Assembly: GCA_965662175.1 (NCBI GenBank)
Contig: CBFIGT010000064.1
Location: forward strand, 8-13,665
Reading direction: 5' to 3'
Source of the DNA: Arcobacter sp.
Lineage (GTDB): Bacteria; Campylobacterota; Campylobacteria; Campylobacterales; Arcobacteraceae
DNA length: 13,658 nt
Positions 1-6,825 of the stretch are shown here, piece after piece. Within the stretch, counting starts at the first letter, position 1; every line of letters starts with the position of its first letter. Below the pieces are notes generated by a model. That model saw only the letters and a list, made by a program, of their open reading frames with translations, made no database searches and was not told where the DNA came from. Both the position numbers and the translations under genes were made by a program.

Positions 1-32
1 CCCCTTGTGGAAACGTAAGTCGTCGCCAACTC
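1..32 (+). rRNA. rrf: 5S rRNA, 3' end only (truncated by the window edge; exact 3' end approximate)
   Basis: GTGGAAACGTAAGTCGTCGCCAAC resembles the conserved 3' part of bacterial 5S rRNA (GUGGGAAAGUAGGUCGxxGCCA). It is followed directly by a terminator hairpin and a tRNA, as expected at an rrn operon end. Confidence 0.8.
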
Positions 33-47
33 TTGAGTATTTTTTAC

Positions 48-98
48 AAAGCTTAGCTTTTTATCCTACTACTGGGTGAAGTGCTAAGCTTTTTTTTT
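48..98 (+). terminator. Rho-independent terminator of the rRNA operon
   Basis: AAAGCTTAGC (48-57) is the exact reverse complement of GCTAAGCTTT (83-92). The stem extends inward with G-U pairs (TTTTATCC 59-66 / GGGTGAAG 74-81) around a 7-nt loop, and a T run follows at 90-98. Confidence 0.85.
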
Positions 99-116
99 GG
101 CTTCTTATTATTTTTT

Positions 117-192
117 GCTTGCATAGCTCCAACGGTAGAGCAATCCCATGGTAAGGGAGAGGTTGTAGGTTCGATTCCCACTGTGAGCACCA
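117..192 (+). tRNA. tRNA-Thr (anticodon GGU), 76 nt, CCA encoded
   Basis: Cloverleaf: acceptor GCTTGCA/TGTGAGC, D stem GCTC/GAGC, anticodon arm ATCCC-ATGGTAA-GGGAG, T arm GTAGG-TTCGATT-CCCAC, discriminator A then CCA. G1-C72, C2-G71 and GGU fit Thr identity. Confidence 0.93.
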
Positions 193-197
193 TTTAT

Positions 198-296
198 TTA
201 TATTTTGTTTTGTTGTCTTTGAATAAGTATTGCTAGTAATATAACTACAATTGAAACAATTAAAAAACCTATTATTTCACTTTCAAAATCACTCAT
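198..296 (-). CDS. Small single-pass membrane protein, 32 aa (MSDFESEIIGFLIVSIVVILLAILIQRQQNKI), not in the ORF track
   Basis: ATG at 296-294 and TAA at 200-198. An SD-like AAGG overlapping the yihY stop lies 7 nt before the ATG (TAAAGGTTTTATTATG). The ORF has an 18-residue hydrophobic stretch between an acidic N-terminus and a basic/polar C-terminus, and fills the yihY-tRNA gap. Confidence 0.7.
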   Translation of the reverse strand: MSDFESEIIGFLIVSIVVILLAILIQRQQNKI

Positions 297-306
297 AATA
301 AAACCT

Positions 307-1095
307 TTATTTATTTGTATTATTTAACTCTTTAATATTTAATTTATGACATAGTTTTACACCATATAAAAATATAATCCAAGATACATATATCCATAAA
401 AAAGTAAAAAGTAATGTTGCCATTGAACCATAAAGTGTGCTATATGTTTGATTATAAAGAACATAATAGACAAATAAGTTTTTTGTAATAGAAAGTACTA
501 CTAATGTCACTAATGATGAAAATAGGGCTGATTTCATTGTTATATAGGTATTAACTGTTAGTTTAAAAAGTCCAAAAAAGATACTCCAACCTAAAATAAA
601 TGTCAAAACATAATCAAATATTGTATTATTATAAAAAGTTGTTATAAATATATATAGGGCAAATATAACCGGAAGTAGTGTTATAAAGAGCAAATAAAAG
701 AAAAATGATGCATATATACTTTTTCTTTTTGCTTCATGGATTTTATTTACTATATATTCATAATCTTTAAAAAACATAGTAAATACAAACAACATATATA
801 TAATACCGATATTTCCTAATTTATCTGAGTTAGAAATAAAGTTTGTAAATTGTTGGGCTACATTTTGTGAGTGAGAGGGGTTTATTAAATTCAAAATATA
901 TTTTATAAATAAATCCACATAATCATTAAACTGCTCTAAACTTGAAATAATTGATATTATTAGAGCTAAAATAGGAAGTATAGAAAATATAGTAAAGAAG
1001 CTTAAACTAGCTGCATAGTAAGTTGTATCATCATTAAAAAATGAATCTAAAGCACTTACAAGCCTAGAAAAAGGCTTCTTACTATTATTTTCCAT
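307..1095 (-). CDS. YihY/virulence factor BrkB family inner-membrane protein
   Basis: Family motifs YYAASLSFFTIFSILP and YSTLYGSMATLLFTFLWIYVSWIIFLYG, about 6 hydrophobic segments, and a position downstream of glcD as in Campylobacter. Confidence 0.92.
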   Translation of the reverse strand: MENNSKKPFSRLVSALDSFFNDDTTYYAASLSFFTIFSILPILALIISIISSLEQFNDYVDLFIKYILNLINPSHSQNVAQQFTNFISNSDKLGNIGIIYMLFVFTMFFKDYEYIVNKIHEAKRKSIYASFFFYLLFITLLPVIFALYIFITTFYNNTIFDYVLTFILGWSIFFGLFKLTVNTYITMKSALFSSLVTLVVLSITKNLFVYYVLYNQTYSTLYGSMATLLFTFLWIYVSWIIFLYGVKLCHKLNIKELNNTNK

Positions 1096-1103
1096 TAAAG
1101 CAC

Positions 1104-2492
1104 TTATAATCCCATTTTAAATGGATTTAAAATATTATTTGGGTCAAAGGCTTTTTTGATACTTTTAAATAGTGCCATTTCAGCTTCATTAAATGCAATA
1201 TCCATAAATGGAGCTTTAGATAAACCAATTCCATGCTCACCTGATAAAGTACCACCCATATCAACAACTAATTGAAAAATCTCTTCAATAGCTTTATGAC
1301 CATCGTGCATCTCTTTTTCATTGTTTTTATCTTTTACCATAACATTTACGTGAATATTTCCATCACCTGAGTGTCCAAAACATGGAACTTTAAATCCATA
1401 TTTATCACCAATTTTATAAATTTCATCTAATGCTTCAGGTAATTTTGATCTTGGAACTGAAATATCTTCGTTTAGTTTTTTTGTTCCATAAACCATAGTT
1501 GCTGGACTTGCATTTTTTCTTGCAAACCATAATTTTGCTGCTTCTTTTTCATTTGCTGCAATTATAAAACCATTTGAACCATTCTCTTTAAATGAGCTTT
1601 CTAATGTCTCTAGTTGTGATTGAACTTCTGCTAATGAGTTTCCATCAACATCACCAACTAAAATTCCACCTGCATTTTGAGGAAGCTCTATATCTGGAAA
1701 TTTTTGTTTAAGGGCATCTATTACTAATGCATCTAAAAACTCCATAGCAACAGGATTTGCACCTGCTGCTAGTGATTTAAATACTGCATTCATAGCTTTT
1801 GTAACATCTGGGAAAATACCCATATATGTTTGTTTGAATTTTGGTTTTGGGATAAGTTTTAGGGTAATTTCTGTAATAACAGCTAAAGTCCCTTCACTTG
1901 CAATTAAAATACCAGCTGTATTGTATCCAGCTACATCTTTGATTGTTTTTTTACCTGCTTTGATTATATCACCATTTGGTAAAACAGCTCTTAGCGCAAC
2001 TACATAATCTTTTGTAATTCCATATTTTGCAGCTCTCATTCCACCTGCATTTTCAGCAACATTTCCACCTAAAGTACAATATAATTCACTAGCTGGATCT
2101 GGAGGATAAAACAGACCTACCTCTTCAACAGCTTTTTGGAACTCCATATTTATAACACCTGGTTGTACCACACCTAGTAAATTTTGCATATCAATTTCTA
2201 AAATTTTATTCATATGTCTTTCTAATGAAAGAATAATTCCTCCATTTGATGGAAGTGCTCCACCTGTGAAACATGAACCTGCACCTCTTGGTACTATAAT
2301 TATTTTATTTTCATTACAATATTTTAGTACCTTTGAAACATCTTGTTCATCCCTTGGAAAAATAACTGCATCAGGTTCAAATCTCTCTCTAGTAGCATCA
2401 TAACAATAAGCAATTAAGTGTGCTTTATCGGCTTTTACATTTTCATCACCAACAATAGACTTGAAATAATCTAAGTGTTTGTTCTCTATCAT
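1104..2492 (-). CDS. glcD: FAD-linked oxidase, glycolate oxidase subunit GlcD / D-2-hydroxyacid dehydrogenase family
   Basis: VPRGAGSxFTGG, YPPDPAS, TLGGNVAENAGG, KYGITKDYV, GHSGDGNIH, GTLSGEHGIG and FDPNNILNP motifs. The start overlaps the upstream stop (ATGA). Confidence 0.92.
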   Translation of the reverse strand: MIENKHLDYFKSIVGDENVKADKAHLIAYCYDATRERFEPDAVIFPRDEQDVSKVLKYCNENKIIIVPRGAGSCFTGGALPSNGGIILSLERHMNKILEIDMQNLLGVVQPGVINMEFQKAVEEVGLFYPPDPASELYCTLGGNVAENAGGMRAAKYGITKDYVVALRAVLPNGDIIKAGKKTIKDVAGYNTAGILIASEGTLAVITEITLKLIPKPKFKQTYMGIFPDVTKAMNAVFKSLAAGANPVAMEFLDALVIDALKQKFPDIELPQNAGGILVGDVDGNSLAEVQSQLETLESSFKENGSNGFIIAANEKEAAKLWFARKNASPATMVYGTKKLNEDISVPRSKLPEALDEIYKIGDKYGFKVPCFGHSGDGNIHVNVMVKDKNNEKEMHDGHKAIEEIFQLVVDMGGTLSGEHGIGLSKAPFMDIAFNEAEMALFKSIKKAFDPNNILNPFKMGL

Positions 2493-3559
2493 TTTTTTAA
2501 TCCTAATAATTTAGTATAGTATGTATTGTAATCTATATTTTCATCACCAGTTTTATCTTTTGTTAAATCACCATATAAAATCTCTTCTTCAGTTCTGTTA
2601 TCCTCTAAGAAATCTGTAACAAAAGAGAAATCTAGCCATCCAAACCAACCATTTGTAAATAGATTTGCTTCAATATTTTCAATTCTTGTATAAAATGGCA
2701 TTTGTGATTTAGATGAGATATTACTAATTTTTTGTTTATTTAAAATAGTAAATGTTCTTGTATCTATTGTATAAACATCAGATTTTATAACAATAAAAAT
2801 TGTTCCTAAGTTTTGTGATCTTGCAAACTCTTGAATTATTTTTTTACTTGGAAGTGGTTGATATTCACTTTTTAAATAAGCACCAAAGATATCTGAGTGC
2901 ATAAAATTGTTTTCAACAAATTTTGCTCTAACTTGTCTAAAACTCTCAATATTTGGAGTAATTAATAAAGATTGGTCATACATATAATTTAGTATAAATC
3001 TATCTTCACTACTAACTTTTCTATTTGATGTTGGAATTGCATTTTGTTTTAAATCAAAAAATGGGATAAATTTAATTACTGAACTATTATTGTTTGAGCT
3101 CTCTACATATGCATTTGTTACAATAATTGAATTTCCATTTTCATATCTATGTTGAATAATTCCACTTTGACCAACTTTCAAATTACCAATATTTATTAAA
3201 GCTGTTGAATCAGTAATATTAGAAAGAGCTGAAACTTGAACTTGAATATCTAAACTTTTAGAGATATCATTTTTACTTGTTAACTCATTTGCTATTTTAG
3301 TAGGGTCTATGTCTGTTAAAATATAGTTGTAATCTAAACCTTTTGTAGCGGCTTTAATTTCAATATCTTTTATATACCAACCATCTCTTTGCATCTGTTT
3401 TAATGATTTTTCACCATTACATAAACCACCATCTAATTTTACAGTTTCAATTTTTGATGGCTCTTCCCAACTTTTTTTATAACAAATTGTATTTTCTGCA
3501 TTTAAACTGTTTGCAAGAAAAAGTGTTGCACAAAGTATTAATAGTCTATTTTTTATCAT
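2489..3559 (-). CDS. Exported protein with plasminogen-binding protein PgbA N-terminal-like domain
   Basis: Sec signal peptide (MIKNRLLILCATLFLANSLNA) and motifs LKVGQSGII, LKQNAIPT, FILNYMYDQSLLITPN, FMHSDIF and PFYTRI. It is adjacent to glcD as in Helicobacter/Campylobacter. SD AAGGA upstream. Confidence 0.75.
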   Translation of the reverse strand: MIKNRLLILCATLFLANSLNAENTICYKKSWEEPSKIETVKLDGGLCNGEKSLKQMQRDGWYIKDIEIKAATKGLDYNYILTDIDPTKIANELTSKNDISKSLDIQVQVSALSNITDSTALINIGNLKVGQSGIIQHRYENGNSIIVTNAYVESSNNNSSVIKFIPFFDLKQNAIPTSNRKVSSEDRFILNYMYDQSLLITPNIESFRQVRAKFVENNFMHSDIFGAYLKSEYQPLPSKKIIQEFARSQNLGTIFIVIKSDVYTIDTRTFTILNKQKISNISSKSQMPFYTRIENIEANLFTNGWFGWLDFSFVTDFLEDNRTEEEILYGDLTKDKTGDENIDYNTYYTKLLGLKK

Positions 3560-3568
3560 TTATGTTCC

Positions 3569-4075
3569 TTATTTAGCTTGTAACTCTTTTAGTTTCTCTT
3601 TTACTTCATCTATATGTAAAACTTCTACAGTTTCACCTTTTACTTTTCTTTTTTTTCTAACACTTACTTTTTCCCAAACTGCTGCAATTTCACCTGCTGG
3701 GTTAATAATAAATGTAGTTCTAACTACTCCCATAGACTCTCTACCCATGAATTTTTTAAGTTGCCAAACACCATAATCTTGACACATTTTCTTTTCAGTA
3801 TCTGCAAGTAGTGTTATAGCTAAATTCTGTTTTTCTATAAAGTTTCTATGTTTTGCTGTTGTATCAGGACTAACACCTAATATTGTAGCATCTAAATCAT
3901 CAAACTCAGGAAGTGCTTGGGTAAAATCACAAGCTTGTGTTGTACAACCTGGTGTATTATCTCTTGGATAGAAATATAATACAATCCAATTACCTTTTAT
4001 ATCTCTTAAACATATTTCAACATCATCTTGGTTTGGTGCACAAAAATCTGGAGCAATTGAACCTATTTCTAACAT
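3569..4075 (-). CDS. bcp: Thioredoxin-dependent thiol peroxidase (BCP/PrxQ peroxiredoxin)
   Basis: VLYFYPRDNTPGCTTQACDF active site (peroxidatic and resolving Cys, CxxxxC), GVSPD and GVVRTTFII. SD AAGGA. Confidence 0.96.
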   Translation of the reverse strand: MLEIGSIAPDFCAPNQDDVEICLRDIKGNWIVLYFYPRDNTPGCTTQACDFTQALPEFDDLDATILGVSPDTTAKHRNFIEKQNLAITLLADTEKKMCQDYGVWQLKKFMGRESMGVVRTTFIINPAGEIAAVWEKVSVRKKRKVKGETVEVLHIDEVKEKLKELQAK

Positions 4076-4088
4076 ATAATATTCCTTT

Positions 4089-4799
4089 TTAATCTTTAAT
4101 TGCTATAAATGTTGCAAAATTTACCCATTTGAAAAGTGTTTCACAATGGCTAAAACCAGCATCTTTTATCATTTTTTTATTCTCTTCTTCTGTGTATGGT
4201 ATTAAAACATTCTCTAAAGCTTCTCTTTTTTGTGAAATTTCAAATTCACTATAACCTTGAGTTTTTTTAAAATCATAATACTCATCAATACACTGTTTAT
4301 TTAAAACTTTATTTGATGAAATTACTTTTTCACTAAATATAAAAACACCTTTGTTTTCTAATGAATCAAAAATCTTTTTTATTAGTTTTTCCCTTTGTAA
4401 AGGTCTTATGAATTGAAGCGTATAATTAGATATTATTAGATTTGCATTTGATAAATCCACATCATGAATATCTCCATATATTAAATCAATATCAACACCA
4501 AAGGCTTTAGCTTTTTTAGAAGCTCTATTTAACATGGCTTGGGAGTTATCAATACCAATTAAATTCAGTTTGTTATTACAATGTTTACTTAGTTCTATCA
4601 AAGTTGATGCAGTTGAACATCCTAAATCATATACTTTGTAATCATCTTCCAAAAAATTAAGTGCAAAATTTATTGTTAATCTTTGCATCTCTTTATAGTA
4701 TGGAACACTACGATTTAGCATATCATCAAATACTGATGCAACCTCTTCATCGAATTCAAATTGTTTTTTTATTGATTTATTAAATACTTTATCTACCAT
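4089..4799 (-). CDS. cmoA: Carboxy-S-adenosyl-L-methionine synthase CmoA (tRNA cmo5U pathway)
   Basis: [54 protein letters not shown] and WVNFATFIA motifs. Confidence 0.95.
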   Translation of the reverse strand: MVDKVFNKSIKKQFEFDEEVASVFDDMLNRSVPYYKEMQRLTINFALNFLEDDYKVYDLGCSTASTLIELSKHCNNKLNLIGIDNSQAMLNRASKKAKAFGVDIDLIYGDIHDVDLSNANLIISNYTLQFIRPLQREKLIKKIFDSLENKGVFIFSEKVISSNKVLNKQCIDEYYDFKKTQGYSEFEISQKREALENVLIPYTEEENKKMIKDAGFSHCETLFKWVNFATFIAIKD

Positions 4800-4805
4800 T
4801 TAGAT

Positions 4806-4813
4806 ATTTTATC
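4806..4813 (-). promoter_or_regulatory. Putative sigma70 -10 element for a leaderless cmoA transcript
   Basis: The minus strand reads GA-TAAAAT-ATCTAA-ATG, matching the Campylobacterota gnTAnaAT consensus with a 6-nt spacer to the ATG and no SD. Confidence 0.55.
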
Positions 4814-4814
4814 G

Positions 4815-4836
4815 AAATGATTATTAATAATCATTT
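4815..4836. repeat. Perfect 22-bp palindrome AAATGATTATTAATAATCATTT
   Basis: The sequence equals its own reverse complement. It lies in the cmoA upstream region and overlaps the stop codon of the YyaL-like gene. Confidence 0.9.
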
Positions 4837-6810
4837 ATCAATAGCCTTTATTATATTTTTTAATTCATCATCAAATGCAAAACAACTATTTTCATCACAG
4901 GCTAAAAACTGATTTGTATCTTCTTGTTTTTTTAGAAAGTAGGGGTATTTAACTGTTTCAATCTCTTTAACTCTTGATAATAGGGCTTTTTTATTTGACT
5001 TTAATATTATATCTCCTCTGGTTTTTCTTATAAATGCATTGATTGATGAGGGTGAATTAAAGATTTTTTTTGAAAAAAAGTTATAGTGATATTCTAATAA
5101 ATTTTTTGTATTTTGAAGTAGTTCTAAATCATAAGTTAAATTAGCAATTGTAAGATTATTGTGAAAATATTTTGATATTGCACTTTGATAATATCTATCC
5201 TCATAATCAGCTTTATATAGTTTTTCTTCATCTAAAAATATACTATTATCTTGTTTGAATTTTTTTGAAGTTTGATGATTTAGTTTAATTGCTAAATCTA
5301 AATATTTTTTTTCAAAGCTTCTTTGATAGGCTGTTAAAAGTAACTCAACTACTGATGTATAATCTTCTAAAAGTCCTACTTTTAGAGGTGTTTGTTCTCT
5401 TAGTTTTTGATGGTAAAGTATATCATTTAAATATAGATTTTTTATAAGAGCATTTGTTGATTTTATTGCATCATCTAAATAACTCTCATCTATTTTTGAG
5501 TATAAAAAAAGTGAATTAATAAAAATAGCATTCCATGATGTTATAATTTTTTCATCAATAAATGGTTTCTCTTTTTTTGCTTGAATATCTTTTAATATAT
5601 CCATTGCCTTTTCTATATTTTTTGGTTTTTTTATATCACTATTTATATGTAAAATATTTAAATCATCTTTAAAGTTACCAAACTCTTCAAAACTTAAATA
5701 CTCTAAAATCTCTTCATGATTTTCTATGTTATTTGCAATTAATCTATTTTTTACTTCATCATATGTAAAAAGAAAGTAAAAACCCTCTTCTTTATTTTTT
5801 TGCTTATTTAAAGAGTCTGCATCACTTGCACTAAAATATAAAAACTCATTATTTCTAAAAAAGTGATTTGTCTCTTTTATTGTCTGCTCTATTATGTTTT
5901 TGTATTTTATATTTTTACTTATTTTGTAGGCTTTATATAAAACTTCTATCATTTCAGCTTGTGTATAAAGCATCTTTTCAAAATGTGGTTCATTCCAATT
6001 TGCTAAGCTTGAATATCTGAAAAAAGCTCCATTTATTTGGTCATAACTTGCACTATTTATTAATGCATCTATTGAGTTAATTGCTAAATTTAAAGAGTCT
6101 TGATTTTTTGTTAGATTAAAAATATCTAAAAGAAGTTCAAGATTTTTTGCGAGAGGAAATTTTGGAGATTTATCAAAGCCTTTATAAACATTGTCATATC
6201 TTTTTTTCATAATTGTTAAATATTCATCAATAATTAAATCTCTGTTTATCTCTTTATTTTCAGTTTTAATACTTAACTTTTTTTGATTCTCTTTTATAAT
6301 CTCTTTTAAACTACTATTCTCATTTTTAAATATATTTATATATTTTGGAATTAATTGATTCATTCCCTCATAGCCATACTTGCTATCTTTTGGAATATAT
6401 GTTGTTATATATAAAATCTCTTTATTTGCTGTCATAATAACAGAAAGAGGCCAACCTTTTCTTCTATTATTTATTTTTTCATGATTATTTTGATAAAAGT
6501 TATCCAAGTGAGGTGATTCTTCTTTATCTACTTTTATACTAATATAATCTTTATTTAAAAGTTTTGCTATTTTTTCATCTTTGAAACTCTCTTTTTGCAT
6601 AACATGACACCAATGACAGGTGCTATATCCTATTGACAAAAAAATAAGTTTATTCTCATGTTTTGCTTTTTCTAAGTTTTTTTTATTCCATGGAAGCCAA
6701 TTAATTGGGTCACTTGCGTGTTGTTTTAAGTATGGTGACTCTTCATTTTGAAGTTGATTATTTGCATAAATATTTATACAAAATATAATAATAAATATAA
6801 AATTTTTCAT
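4831..6810 (-). CDS. Thioredoxin domain-containing protein, YyaL/SSP411 (DUF255) family, with N-terminal signal peptide
   Basis: NQLQNEESPYLKQHASDPINWLPW, IFLSIGYSTCHWCHVMQKESF, KVDKEE, GWPLSV, PHFEKMLY, DADS, EEGFY, DEKIITSWNA and LEDY motifs, plus a hydrophobic N-terminus MKNFIFIIIFCINIYA. Confidence 0.92.
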   Translation of the reverse strand: MKNFIFIIIFCINIYANNQLQNEESPYLKQHASDPINWLPWNKKNLEKAKHENKLIFLSIGYSTCHWCHVMQKESFKDEKIAKLLNKDYISIKVDKEESPHLDNFYQNNHEKINNRRKGWPLSVIMTANKEILYITTYIPKDSKYGYEGMNQLIPKYINIFKNENSSLKEIIKENQKKLSIKTENKEINRDLIIDEYLTIMKKRYDNVYKGFDKSPKFPLAKNLELLLDIFNLTKNQDSLNLAINSIDALINSASYDQINGAFFRYSSLANWNEPHFEKMLYTQAEMIEVLYKAYKISKNIKYKNIIEQTIKETNHFFRNNEFLYFSASDADSLNKQKNKEEGFYFLFTYDEVKNRLIANNIENHEEILEYLSFEEFGNFKDDLNILHINSDIKKPKNIEKAMDILKDIQAKKEKPFIDEKIITSWNAIFINSLFLYSKIDESYLDDAIKSTNALIKNLYLNDILYHQKLREQTPLKVGLLEDYTSVVELLLTAYQRSFEKKYLDLAIKLNHQTSKKFKQDNSIFLDEEKLYKADYEDRYYQSAISKYFHNNLTIANLTYDLELLQNTKNLLEYHYNFFSKKIFNSPSSINAFIRKTRGDIILKSNKKALLSRVKEIETVKYPYFLKKQEDTNQFLACDENSCFAFDDELKNIIKAIDK

Positions 6811-6816
6811 TTGATA

Positions 6817-6825
6817 AGTTTATCA
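6817..6825 (-). promoter_or_regulatory. Putative extended -10 element for a leaderless YyaL-like transcript
   Basis: The minus strand reads TGA-TAAACT-TATCAA-ATG (TGn + TAnnnT, 6-nt spacer, no SD). The TGA is also the ribF stop codon. Confidence 0.4.

Noticed and set aside
117..300. tRNA-Thr as the attachment site of an integrated element
   Set aside because: I found no integrase and no repeat of the tRNA 3' end in the window, and the adjacent genes are conserved housekeeping genes.
3649..3656. Poly-A/T runs (here and elsewhere) as phase-variation tracts
   Set aside because: Runs of 7-9 A/T are expected at this AT content, the frames are intact, and there are no long poly-G/C tracts of the Campylobacter type.
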